A stretch of DNA of 64,000 bases from a bacterium (lineage in GTDB: Bacteria > Patescibacteriota > UBA1384 > 2-12-FULL-50-11), in assembly GCA_021463485.1 (NCBI GenBank), contig JAJTYJ010000001.1, positions 65,378-129,377 of the forward strand, given 5' to 3'. The notes beneath the pieces are model-generated. The model made no database searches. It was not told the DNA's origin and worked only from the letters and a program-made list of their open reading frames with translations. The translations under genes and the position numbers were made by a program. The first letter of the stretch is position 1, and the number at the start of each line of letters is the position of its first letter. Shown one piece after another: positions 1-9,518 of the stretch.

Positions 1-325
1 CAATTAATCGCAGACCCTTAAAATAATTAGCAATTTTTTTGAAATCTTCTTCAGAAAGTTTACCGAAACCATCATCAACCGAGATCGTCGGCGCGTACGT
101 ACTGGAGCGGTAGAGATTATCCATTATCGGAAAAAGTTTTTCTAACAGCTCAGTTGTCGCCGAACTACGAAGCGCAATTCGCTCTTCTTGAATGCGTTTT
201 TCCAAGTTAGCGTAGTCTGCCGCCATACGAAGTCTGGCTTCGTTAGCTTGCGCTAGCTGCTCCTTTAACTTGGAGACCTCTGTGCTTTCAGTTTTTTTCT
301 TTTTACCCGGAGTCATCGGTGGCAT
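1..325 (-). CDS. grpE: Nucleotide exchange factor GrpE (5' part; runs off the window edge)
   Basis: Manual translation from ATG 325: ...RMAADYANLEKRIQEER...LLEKLFPIMDNLYRS...GLRLI, the GrpE coiled-coil signature. Absent from the ORF track because truncated. Confidence 0.85.
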   Translation of the reverse strand, partial: MPPMTPGKKKKTESTEVSKLKEQLAQANEARLRMAADYANLEKRIQEERIALRSSATTELLEKLFPIMDNLYRSSTYAPTISVDDGFGKLSEEDFKKIANYFKGLRLI

Positions 326-378
326 TGTACGAAACTCGATAGAAACAGTCTAGTTGCGCACTCGCAAAATAATCGAAT

Positions 379-1587
379 ATGTATATGAATAGAGCAATGG
401 AAGAGTTCTGGCGACGTATGAGGTTAAATTGGTGGGCACCATCAAGACAACTCGCTGCGTTTTGGATCGGGCTAATTTCTGGAGTTATTATCGCTCGATA
501 CATTTTGTTGCCAAACGAAACGCTCTATTGGATTTTCGGACTTTGGGTGTTAATTTTTTGGAGCGGTCAGGAACCAAGAGTTGAAGCGACGGCAGTACTA
601 TTAGTTGGCGCCAGCGGCGGGATGTTATTGTGGAATTTCACAAACGGCGAATCTTGGTTTCATCCGCAATTTATCGGCACCGTGAGTGAGAGGTTAATTC
701 TATTACGGGACAATTTAATCGACAAAATAATCTCAGCTGTTCCCGAGCCGCAGAGCTCGCTGCTCAGCGGTATTCTGCTCGGAAATCGTATTAAACTAGA
801 CAAAGAACTAGTCGACCAGTTTCGCCTAGTTGGATTAAGCCATATTATCGCCGTCTCTGGCTACAACTTAACGATACTTGTCGCAAACGTTCGTACAGTA
901 TTTCGCCCGATACTTGGTCGTAATGTTTTTTGGCTTGGGTTAGCAGTGATAGGCTTATTTATCGTGATCACCGGCGCACCGTCATCGATCTTACGAGCCG
1001 GATTAATGGTTGGTCTAATCCTTTTGGGTGAGCACCTCGGCCGACCGCGCAGCTCGCTGTTGATATTGCTAACTGCCGCCGGTGTACTAACAATGTTTGA
1101 GCCGAAGATTATCTTTGACGTCGGGTTCCAGTTATCGATCGCCGCAACGTACGGGCTACTCCGAGTCAGCCCACTCATTCGCGAAAGCTTGGAGAGGATT
1201 AAAACACCGAAAACACTAGCAACGGTACTTGGCGAGACGTTCGGCGCGATTCTCCTTACTAGTCCGATTATTTTACTGGTTTTTGAACGGTTATCGATCG
1301 TGGCGCCTCTCACAAATGTGCTGGTTGTCCCCTTAATACCGTTAGTTATGGCGATCGGTTTAATCGGATCGATCCTGGTATTTGTTGTACCAGCGCTGGG
1401 TAGTTGGTTACTAATGCTCGGCTGGCCGATACTGACCTGGGCGTTATTTGTTAGTCAGTATTTCTCTTCGTTCTATTTTGCGTCGTATTCTATAAGTATT
1501 TCTTGGGCATGGTGCATCGCGTTACTGCTATTGTTTGTTGCTACAGCTGAGTACCTCCAAATTAAATACAAACCCAATGAGAGATAA
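379..1587 (+). CDS. comEC: ComEC/Rec2 competence protein, membrane domain
   Basis: GLSHIIAVSGYN, SILRAGLM and DVGFQLS motifs; multiple TM helices. Confidence 0.9.
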   Translation: MYMNRAMEEFWRRMRLNWWAPSRQLAAFWIGLISGVIIARYILLPNETLYWIFGLWVLIFWSGQEPRVEATAVLLVGASGGMLLWNFTNGESWFHPQFIGTVSERLILLRDNLIDKIISAVPEPQSSLLSGILLGNRIKLDKELVDQFRLVGLSHIIAVSGYNLTILVANVRTVFRPILGRNVFWLGLAVIGLFIVITGAPSSILRAGLMVGLILLGEHLGRPRSSLLILLTAAGVLTMFEPKIIFDVGFQLSIAATYGLLRVSPLIRESLERIKTPKTLATVLGETFGAILLTSPIILLVFERLSIVAPLTNVLVVPLIPLVMAIGLIGSILVFVVPALGSWLLMLGWPILTWALFVSQYFSSFYFASYSISISWAWCIALLLLFVATAEYLQIKYKPNER

Positions 1588-2443
1588 CGGCGTCGCCCGG
1601 TTCGCCACAACACTAGCTCTACTGGCATTAATCGTTATCGGTGTCCAAAGTTTCTCAGCAGAGGAAGCAAAGCACCCGACGCTTCGATATTGGCTATTCG
1701 ACGTCGGACAGGGCGACGCAATGTTACTAGAAACGCCAGATCGGCAACAAATACTAATTGACGGCGGACCAAATTCAACAATCACTCGCGAGTTATCGCG
1801 TGTGCTGCCTCTTAACGATCGCGAGCTAGATCTGGTAATTTTAACGCACAACCACTCAGATCATATAAGCGGGGTAATTGAAGTCTTGCGTCGATATACC
1901 GTTAAAGAGCTTTGGATCACCGGCGTTATTCACACCACCGACGGTTATCGAAACTTTTTAGAGTTAATTCGAGAGAAAGGCATACCGACCAAAACAGTTA
2001 AAGCCGGGCAAACTGTAACATTCGGCGCGCTGAACGGAATCGTCCTTTGGCCGATTGAGCCGAAAATCGGGCAACTCCCAGAGAACCAAAACTGGGAGTC
2101 GATCGTTACTTACTGGCAGTACGGAGCGCAATCGCTACTACTAACTGGCGATATGGAGAAAGAGCAAGAAATGGTGTTACTCCAAAAAGGAGTGTTGCGA
2201 CCGGTGACGGTGTTAAAAGTCGGCCACCAAGGTAGCCGTACGAGCTCGACCGAAGCGTTTTTAGAAGCAGTAAAACCAAAACTGGCGCTCATCTCAGTCG
2301 GCAAGAACTCGTACGGCCATCCGCATCAAGACGTTTTGTCGCGACTTACTAAATACAACATCCTTATACTTAGAACTGACGAGCGCGGCACAATTCAAAT
2401 CGATTTAACAACCGATAATTTATCTTACCGGAGCACGAAATAA
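1577..2443 (+). CDS. ComEC-type metallo-beta-lactamase-fold nuclease (separately encoded)
   Basis: FDVGQGDA, THNHSDH, LLTGD, KVGHQGS and NSYGHP motifs; ATG 1577 overlaps the end of comEC. Confidence 0.88.
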   Translation: MRDNGVARFATTLALLALIVIGVQSFSAEEAKHPTLRYWLFDVGQGDAMLLETPDRQQILIDGGPNSTITRELSRVLPLNDRELDLVILTHNHSDHISGVIEVLRRYTVKELWITGVIHTTDGYRNFLELIREKGIPTKTVKAGQTVTFGALNGIVLWPIEPKIGQLPENQNWESIVTYWQYGAQSLLLTGDMEKEQEMVLLQKGVLRPVTVLKVGHQGSRTSSTEAFLEAVKPKLALISVGKNSYGHPHQDVLSRLTKYNILILRTDERGTIQIDLTTDNLSYRSTK

Positions 2444-2477
2444 TCTCGCTCTTTCGGCTTTTGTACGGTAAAATTTA

Positions 2478-2597
2478 AATATGGCTGGCCACTCTAATTA
2501 CGAGCTTGCTCGTTGTGAAACAACTGTGCTTCCTCGTATTTCTTCTTGGCCAGAAAAAGGGAATAAGGTGGAGAATTAATATGGCTGGCCACTCTAA
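2478..2597 (+). repeat. 20-bp direct repeat of the yebC start region (2478-2497, 2578-2597) flanking a hairpin-containing insert
   Basis: AATATGGCTGGCCACTCTAA occurs twice, 100 bp apart; hairpin ACGAGCTTGCTCGT at 2500-2513. Confidence 0.9.
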
Positions 2598-3309
2598 ATG
2601 GGCACAAATTAAACGTCAAAAAGGCGTCGCCGATCAACGGCGCGGCGCTGTTTTCGCCAAACTCGCTAACGCCATTACTGTGGCTGCTCGAAACGGTACT
2701 GACCCAGAGATGAACTTCCAGCTGCGTATCGCCATCGATAAAGCCAAGACCGCCAACATGCCAAAAGATAATATCGAACGAGCGATCGAGCGGGTCAAAG
2801 GCTCGGGCGGTGCAGCGCTAGAAGAAGTCGTCTTCGAAGCCTACGGACCAAGTGGCACTGCGTTTCTAATTGAAACCGCAACCGATAATCGGAATCGTAC
2901 TGTCGGCGAGATCCGTGCAGCGTTAAACAAATACGACGGTAAGTTAGCTGAAAGCGGATCAGTTGGGTATCTATTTAAAAAGCGAGGGCAAATTGTCTTA
3001 GAGAACGTTAACGCCGAAGAAGCAGAACTGGCCTCGATCGACGCTGGCGCCGAAGATGTAGAGGCAGATAGCGACAGTGTTTTTATTTATACAGATCCAA
3101 AGGAACTCCAGCTGGTTCGAAAGAACCTTGAAACAGCTGGATTTGTAAGTAACGAGATCGGTTTTGAATTTCATCCGTTATCTACAGTAGCGATTAGTGA
3201 CAGACAAGTGGCTGAAAAAGTAATGAAATTAAGCGAAATTCTTGACGATATCGATGACGTGACCAATGTTCACAGTAATATAGATATCGCGCCGGAGCTG
3301 CTACAGTAA
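2581..3309 (+). CDS. yebC: YebC/PmpR family protein
   Basis: Canonical MAGHSKWAQIKRQK start; EAYGPSG and TDNRNRT motifs; adjacent to ruvC. Confidence 0.95.
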   Translation: MAGHSKWAQIKRQKGVADQRRGAVFAKLANAITVAARNGTDPEMNFQLRIAIDKAKTANMPKDNIERAIERVKGSGGAALEEVVFEAYGPSGTAFLIETATDNRNRTVGEIRAALNKYDGKLAESGSVGYLFKKRGQIVLENVNAEEAELASIDAGAEDVEADSDSVFIYTDPKELQLVRKNLETAGFVSNEIGFEFHPLSTVAISDRQVAEKVMKLSEILDDIDDVTNVHSNIDIAPELLQ

Positions 3310-3315
3310 CAAATC

Positions 3316-3789
3316 ATGGAGGGTAAAAGAATTCTCGGAATTGATCCAGGCTCGGGCCGACTAGGTTTGGGCTTAATCGAAGTGATCAACAGCAAGCCAC
3401 ACCTTATTCACTTTGATTGCATCGTAACGACACCAAACTCAGCCGAAACTCAGAAACTCAAACATATTTACGAAGAGCTCGTCCACCGACTCAACGAGAT
3501 AAAACCAGACCTGCTTGCAATTGAGACGCTTTTCTTTGCACGTAACGTAACCAGCGCCTTCTCTGTTGGTCAGGCACGCGGAGTTGTGTTGCTAGCTGCT
3601 GCTCAAGCCAATATCGAGATTGTTGAGATTGCGCCGCTTCGATTAAAAAAAGTGCTGCTTGGCAACGGGAATGCCAAGAAAAAGGATGTTCAAAACTTTA
3701 TTCGGGAGTACTTCGGAATAGACGAGAAGAAGAAACTCGGCGACGACGCCGCCGACGCGGTGGCGATCGCACTAAGCCAAATACTCTAA
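3316..3789 (+). CDS. ruvC: Holliday junction resolvase RuvC
   Basis: ILGIDPG, AIETLFF, GQARGV and DDAADAVAIA motifs. Confidence 0.95.
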   Translation: MEGKRILGIDPGSGRLGLGLIEVINSKPHLIHFDCIVTTPNSAETQKLKHIYEELVHRLNEIKPDLLAIETLFFARNVTSAFSVGQARGVVLLAAAQANIEIVEIAPLRLKKVLLGNGNAKKKDVQNFIREYFGIDEKKKLGDDAADAVAIALSQIL

Positions 3790-3847
3790 AAACTGATTGA
3801 TTATCAGTACTAATTTTTATACAATTAGTTAACTTTACTGACTCAAA

Positions 3848-5083
3848 ATGACTATTCAACAAAAAAGTAGATTAGCTACCCAACTAGCCGCAAGCGAGCC
3901 GCACATTCGCGTGATTTACGTTTCAACGTACACGCCAAGAGAATGCGGTATCGCAACGTATAGCCGCGCGCTCACCAAAGCGATTAACCAGCTAAATCCA
4001 GATTACACGGCTGATTTTGTGGCGATCGACGATGAAAAATCAGGCGCTGAATCACGGATCTACCCCTGGGAAGTAAAATACAAAATTGACCAAGAAGATT
4101 TACGAAGCTGGATGAACGCAGCCGATTACATTAACCAATCGGGTGCCGAAGTTGTTAACCTCCAACACGAGTTCGGTATCTACGGCGGCGTCGAAGGTGA
4201 ATACGTTCTGCCGTTTATCGAAGCTATTACAAAGCCAATCGTCGTTTGCTTACATACAGTCTTACCGAAACCGTCAGCAAAGATGTTGGAGACAGTACGA
4301 CGAGTCGCAGAACGAGCAGAGGCGATTATCGTAATGGTGGAAGCGGCAGGAAAAATGCTCACTGAAATATACGGCGTTAATCCAGAGAAAATTGTGGCGA
4401 TTCCTCACGGTGTTCCTGATGTACCGTTTGGTCAAGATCGTGTAGCGAAGAAGAAACTCGGTTATAACGGTTGGAATGTTATTTCAAGTTTTGGTTTATT
4501 TAGTCGTTCAAAAGGTTACGAGCACGCAATTAAGGCACTGCCGGCGATCGTTAAGAAACACCCCAAAACCAAATTATTACTATTAGGTGAGACACATCCA
4601 GTAGTTGTTCGAAATGAGGGCGAAGAGTACCGAGAGTCGCTCGAAAAGTTAGTGAAAGAACTAAAGATGGGAGAACATGTTGATTTCGTTAACCACTACT
4701 TAACGCTCGATGAGATTATTCAATTCTTGAGAATCACTGATGTTTACATTACACCGTATCCAAACCTTGAGCAGGTTTCTTCCGGTACTCTTTCGTACGC
4801 GCTTAGCGCCGGATTACCGTGTGTATCGACGCCGTACGTTTACGCAAAAGATGTCCTAGCCGACGGACGAGGGGTAGTGCTTGATTCACTAACTGCAGAA
4901 GATATCGCCGAGAAAGTAGTTGATCTACTTGATAATCCAAAGAAGCGCCAAGAAATATCAAAGAAAGCCTACGCGTACGGACGAAATATGATCTGGACTC
5001 GTGTTGCGTTGCGACACCTCGATCTTTTTGAGATCGTGGCCAAAGAGCATGGAAGAACTATCGCTGCTAAATCGGTTTCGTGA
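3848..5083 (+). CDS. Glycosyltransferase family 4
   Basis: PRECGIATY, QHEFGIYGG, IPHGVP, KGYE and SGTLSYA motifs (GT-B fold). Confidence 0.9.
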   Translation: MTIQQKSRLATQLAASEPHIRVIYVSTYTPRECGIATYSRALTKAINQLNPDYTADFVAIDDEKSGAESRIYPWEVKYKIDQEDLRSWMNAADYINQSGAEVVNLQHEFGIYGGVEGEYVLPFIEAITKPIVVCLHTVLPKPSAKMLETVRRVAERAEAIIVMVEAAGKMLTEIYGVNPEKIVAIPHGVPDVPFGQDRVAKKKLGYNGWNVISSFGLFSRSKGYEHAIKALPAIVKKHPKTKLLLLGETHPVVVRNEGEEYRESLEKLVKELKMGEHVDFVNHYLTLDEIIQFLRITDVYITPYPNLEQVSSGTLSYALSAGLPCVSTPYVYAKDVLADGRGVVLDSLTAEDIAEKVVDLLDNPKKRQEISKKAYAYGRNMIWTRVALRHLDLFEIVAKEHGRTIAAKSVS

Positions 5084-6089
5084 GCGACCACAGCTCAGAC
5101 ATCTTAAACGATTAACTACCAAAGATGGTTTAATTCAGCACGCCGATTTTGACGTACCCGATCCAAGCTTTGGATACTCGATCGACGACAACGCAAGAGC
5201 GTTAATCGTTTGTTTATGGCATTACAAAATCTTTCAAGATCCTTCGATACTTCAATTAGCAGACATTTATTTTAACTATCTGAAGAGGGTGGAGCGAGAA
5301 GACGGCACTTTTCATAACTTTGTAAGTTTCTCCGAAAAAATCCTCGATCACGAAGGCTCTGAAGATTCTATCGGTCGAGCGGTTTGGGCGCTTGGCGAAG
5401 TGATCTCATCTCAACCAGGCACCGAATTAGCAGAACATGCACAAACAATTCTCAAGCGCTCCATCATCGACAAGCATCTTGATCACGAGCACGTCCGGAC
5501 AAAAGCCTACATACTACTTGGATTATTAAGTGCCGGTCTACTCGACGACGCTAAAAAATGGGCCGACAAACTCAAGAAGATTTTTCACGCCAACAGTAAG
5601 AGAGACTGGGTATGGTTTGAGGACGGGTTATATTACGCTAACGGCATTTTGCCGTATGCGTTAGCTCGAGCAGCGATATTTTTGAACGATAAAGAATTGG
5701 AGGAAATTGCTGTTAAAACATTCCGTTGGTTAGATGATGTTAGTACTCACAACGGCGTTCCGTCACCGATCGGGCAAGACGGATGGTACCAGAGTGGAAA
5801 AGAAAAAGCTTTGTACGATCAACAACCACTTGAAGCTGCTGATATGGTGCTAGCCGCAGGTGAATTATATCTACTCACAAAAGAAACAGAGTACCTAAAA
5901 CGAGCGTTAGCTTGGTACGAGTGGTACGAAGGTAACAACACGCAACAAAAAACACTAATTAACACGACCACAGGTGGGATATACGATGCATTAACGCCGG
6001 GAGGAGTTAACAGCAACCAAGGCGCCGAGTCGATCGTGACGTACCTACTTGCGTATTTAAAGCTTGCTCAAATAGCCAAGAATGAGTAA
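5049..6089 (+). CDS. GT4-associated six-hairpin glycosidase-like protein
   Basis: GYSIDDNARAL, SEDSIGRA, YDQQPLEA and NQGAES motifs, typical of the domain fused to or adjacent to this GT4 subfamily. Confidence 0.75.
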   Translation: MEELSLLNRFRERPQLRHLKRLTTKDGLIQHADFDVPDPSFGYSIDDNARALIVCLWHYKIFQDPSILQLADIYFNYLKRVEREDGTFHNFVSFSEKILDHEGSEDSIGRAVWALGEVISSQPGTELAEHAQTILKRSIIDKHLDHEHVRTKAYILLGLLSAGLLDDAKKWADKLKKIFHANSKRDWVWFEDGLYYANGILPYALARAAIFLNDKELEEIAVKTFRWLDDVSTHNGVPSPIGQDGWYQSGKEKALYDQQPLEAADMVLAAGELYLLTKETEYLKRALAWYEWYEGNNTQQKTLINTTTGGIYDALTPGGVNSNQGAESIVTYLLAYLKLAQIAKNE

Positions 6090-7080
6090 CGAAAACCCGC
6101 TTCGCCAACTCGTTGATAGCGTTGCAGCAAACGTTGGAGTTAAGGTAGACCAGGAGTCATACGACCGATTGGATCGAATGGCAGCTTGGGATTTGCGTCG
6201 AATTAAAAAAATTTGGTCAACAGGCACCTACGTTGACGGCCGTAAAGTTATATTAAAGATTCTTCCCGCTAACAGCTCCACGCCGCTCGAAGACTTTATT
6301 CGATCCGAGACTGTCGAGAAAGATATCACACAGTCGCTAACTGAGTTGGGGATGGAAGTCTCGCAAACAATTAAAACTAACTTTGTCGCCTCACCGCAGT
6401 GGGTAGTTCGCTACCTCGTTGAGGGCGAACCAGTCGGTAATAACTTTATTCGACCAGAGTTTGAGCGAGAGGATTTTATTAATTTTCTAATAACACTTCG
6501 GGACAAACTCAATACAACAACTGAGAATATTGACTTTAATTTGTTAACAAAGCGAGATTTTCCGACGAAGTGGTTAACCGAATACAACGATCGCTCAGTC
6601 CACGTTATTAAGCATCTCGGAGCTCACGCCGACGAACAGCTACGTAGTGCAATTACCAACGTTAAAGACACTACTTACGAAAAATGGTTATTACATAACG
6701 ACCTTGCTCCACAAAACATCTTAGAAACAAGATCTGGCTACAGCTTGATAGATTGGGGCGAAGCAACGTTAGGACCACGCGTTGTTGATTGGGCGATGCT
6801 TTGGTCGTTTGCGATAGATCTACCAAACCTTCGACAAACCATTATTGAACGATCTCTTTCAGAAGTTAAGGAATCAGATCAAGACAATGCAAAAGTTATC
6901 TTTCTTGGTTTAGCCGCTCGGATGGTTGCTAGCTTCGCCGAATGGTTTGAACATTATAAAACTCACCAAAAAGAAGCTGATCAATTTCCACGCGTTGCGA
7001 ATGAGGCCTTTGATGCCTTACCGAAGATTTGGAAGAATTTCCAGGAATTACATACTCAACTAACAACCGAAGACAAATGA
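6082..7080 (+). CDS. Aminoglycoside phosphotransferase/choline kinase-like protein
   Basis: HNDLAPQNIL (Brenner-type motif) and LIDWG. Confidence 0.75.
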   Translation: MSNENPLRQLVDSVAANVGVKVDQESYDRLDRMAAWDLRRIKKIWSTGTYVDGRKVILKILPANSSTPLEDFIRSETVEKDITQSLTELGMEVSQTIKTNFVASPQWVVRYLVEGEPVGNNFIRPEFEREDFINFLITLRDKLNTTTENIDFNLLTKRDFPTKWLTEYNDRSVHVIKHLGAHADEQLRSAITNVKDTTYEKWLLHNDLAPQNILETRSGYSLIDWGEATLGPRVVDWAMLWSFAIDLPNLRQTIIERSLSEVKESDQDNAKVIFLGLAARMVASFAEWFEHYKTHQKEADQFPRVANEAFDALPKIWKNFQELHTQLTTEDK

Positions 7081-7676
7081 TCTACAGTGTTCAAGTTTAT
7101 TCTCCTACTGTACAAAGCGGGTACTTTACCCGTTCCATTGACGCACAAGGACCGTACGAAGCAGTTGAGGGAGTGGTAGATAGTTGGTCGGGGTTTCCAG
7201 TAGTTCCAAATGAGTTTTTCGCTAACACCAGCTTGCTAGAGATAATCCCAATCCACAACGCTAGCGGAATTCGAGACAAGAGCCAGATTTCCTCGATGGA
7301 GAACGAAGTGATACTAGGTAAAGAGATTATTCACGAGAATGGCCTACCTAATTGTAAATTAGTACTATTGCCAAACGAAAAATTGTTATTATTTGATGGC
7401 CATCACACAATGCTCGCTTACATCGGATCGGGCAAAAAGTTGCTCAGGGATATCCCCCACCTTGTTATTTCTCGCGAAAAGATAGCGCCCGTTAGCTCAG
7501 TTGATATCGTCAGTTTCTTCCCAAAAAACTCACAAAAAGAAGTTCTAGCTGATTGGTCTAAATACGTAGTCAACTGGCAAAAGAGCCCAACTAAACAGCT
7601 TGAAGAGCGTCAAATTCATACTATCGGTGAGCTAGCTGCTGCGCTTAGCGATCGAGACGAAGCCGCGAGCAAGTAG
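7077..7676 (+). CDS. Hypothetical protein with ParB/Srx-like DGHH motif
   Basis: LLLFDGHHT motif; ATGA overlap with the upstream kinase stop. Confidence 0.55.
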   Translation: MIYSVQVYSPTVQSGYFTRSIDAQGPYEAVEGVVDSWSGFPVVPNEFFANTSLLEIIPIHNASGIRDKSQISSMENEVILGKEIIHENGLPNCKLVLLPNEKLLLFDGHHTMLAYIGSGKKLLRDIPHLVISREKIAPVSSVDIVSFFPKNSQKEVLADWSKYVVNWQKSPTKQLEERQIHTIGELAAALSDRDEAASK

Positions 7677-8474
7677 TACGGCTCGCCAATCACGTCGCAA
7701 CTCACGCTCAAGTTTTTCTCGGATGTCGTGTTTTTGTTCGGCTTGGAATTTACCAGGCAAATAAAAGAAATTGTAATAAGCTAAGTCTTGTTGCGCAAAA
7801 CCAAAACCTTTTAACTTTTCTGAGTAGGCAATTGGGCTTTCCATCTTCATTGTTCTCTCATCATCGAGCGCATTATTTGGGTCACTTAGACAGGAAGTAA
7901 TTTTTTCCGAAGCAAGGTTGCGCTCAGCCGCAGATAACGTCGACAAAAACGTATCAGTGATGGCTGACACCGTCCACTTGTCAAAAGATAATAAATTAAA
8001 AAATAGGTTATAGTGCGCACTAAGCAAAATTGTCTGGGCGTGTGAGACGGCTCTTAGCTGTTCAAAAACTTGTGGTTCTTCCTCGACAGCTACATACGGC
8101 AGAACGCCGTTCAGCATTATGTAATCAAATTTCCGATCCAGTTTAGCGAGCTCTTTTAGGTCGCAGTGAATAAAGTTTCCGCTTAGTCCAATCGCTTTAG
8201 TTTTTTGCTCGGCAACCGCGAGCATCTCTTTTGAGTAGTCAATCGAAGTAACGTCCCACCCTCTTTTTAGTAATTCTCTGGTCATCTGCCCAGTCCCGCA
8301 ACCAGCATCAAGTATTGTGCCTTTCTTAGCGGTCTCAAAGAAATCTAGTAAAATTTCGCTTCGGTATTTATTAGCCGGATACAATCCGTCTTTGCCGCCG
8401 TACGACGCTTCGTCGTATTCACCAGCAACGCTGTCCCAAAGTTCCGACGGTGTAGAAGAGAAAGTGTTAGACAT
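7632..8474 (-). CDS. Class I SAM-dependent methyltransferase
   Basis: ILDAGCGTG motif I; IDYS..ML; FDYI. Confidence 0.88.
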   Translation of the reverse strand: MSNTFSSTPSELWDSVAGEYDEASYGGKDGLYPANKYRSEILLDFFETAKKGTILDAGCGTGQMTRELLKRGWDVTSIDYSKEMLAVAEQKTKAIGLSGNFIHCDLKELAKLDRKFDYIMLNGVLPYVAVEEEPQVFEQLRAVSHAQTILLSAHYNLFFNLLSFDKWTVSAITDTFLSTLSAAERNLASEKITSCLSDPNNALDDERTMKMESPIAYSEKLKGFGFAQQDLAYYNFFYLPGKFQAEQKHDIREKLERELRRDWRAVLLARGFVSIAKRSS

Positions 8475-8555
8475 ACGTCGTATCTTAACAGATGTAACTC
8501 GAACAATCCAGGGAGATACTTTGACTTAAGGGTACTGTTAAACTAATAGTTGAGT

Positions 8556-9518
8556 ATGGAATTAAAATTAACTCGTTTTCGTAACAACCCGATACTAATG
8601 CCAACCCACCACAAATGGGAGAACAAGGCTGTTTATAACTGCGGGGCGACCCTTTACAACGGTCGGGTCGCGCTATTGTACCGAGCCCAGGGCGAGGATA
8701 TGATCTCACGTTTCGGGCTAGCTTTTTCTGATGATGGTTACCACATCGCCGAACGTCTCTCTGAGCCAGTTTTTGTTCCGGACGAAAGTAGCGAGTACGA
8801 GACGCTGGGAGTAGAAGATCCTCGTATCAGCGTAATCGACGGAACGTATTATATTGTTTACACCTCGGCTTCGCTGTACCCGTCGATAACAGGGAAGGGA
8901 TCAGAGCACCGTGAGACAGGCGAGACGCCGTGGCGCGTTCGAGTTAGCATCGCTCACACCTCCGATTTTCGGACTTTTACCAGGCACGGTGTCGTTGTAT
9001 CGCACATCGACAGTAAAGACGGGGTTCTATTCCCTGGCAAGTTTCAGGGCAAGATGCTACTGCTTCACCGAGTTATCCCTGATATGCGTCTCGCAGTTAG
9101 CGAGCACCTACCAAATTTTATGGAACGCGGACCGGTGTTACGCCCGAGCGATGACGGCTGGGACAGTGAACGAATCGGTGCTGGCGCACCGCCGATCAAA
9201 ACCCAATACGGCTGGGTGTTGATATACCACGGCGTCGGAGAGAATAAGAAATACAATCTTGGTTTAGCACTTCTTGATCCGCACGATCCGATGAAGGTTC
9301 TAGCGCGAAGCGACGAGCCGATACTTACACCGTCACAAGATTACGAAAAAGAAGGACAGGTTAATAACGTGGTTTTTACGTGCGGCGCAGTGAAACTCGG
9401 CGACGAGTTACTCGTATACTACGGTGCGGCAGATTCGACAGTCGGCGTTGCCAGTATAAAATACAGCGAGATCGAAAAATGGGCAGAGGGCAGTTACCGC
9501 CACTCACATCGGAGTTAA
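8556..9518 (+). CDS. GH130 family glycosidase/mannoside phosphorylase
   Basis: NPIL, AVYNCGA, EDPRI, KDGVLFP, GAGAPPI and YYGAAD motifs. Confidence 0.9.
   Translation: MELKLTRFRNNPILMPTHHKWENKAVYNCGATLYNGRVALLYRAQGEDMISRFGLAFSDDGYHIAERLSEPVFVPDESSEYETLGVEDPRISVIDGTYYIVYTSASLYPSITGKGSEHRETGETPWRVRVSIAHTSDFRTFTRHGVVVSHIDSKDGVLFPGKFQGKMLLLHRVIPDMRLAVSEHLPNFMERGPVLRPSDDGWDSERIGAGAPPIKTQYGWVLIYHGVGENKKYNLGLALLDPHDPMKVLARSDEPILTPSQDYEKEGQVNNVVFTCGAVKLGDELLVYYGAADSTVGVASIKYSEIEKWAEGSYRHSHRS

Noticed and set aside
379-2443. comEC as a frameshifted pseudogene
   Set aside because: Both parts are intact, and the second has its own ATG and TM/signal segment; split ComEC is a known arrangement.
2506-2580. 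N-terminal extension of YebC in the ORF track
   Set aside because: The canonical MAGHSKW start is at 2581; the extension is insert sequence.
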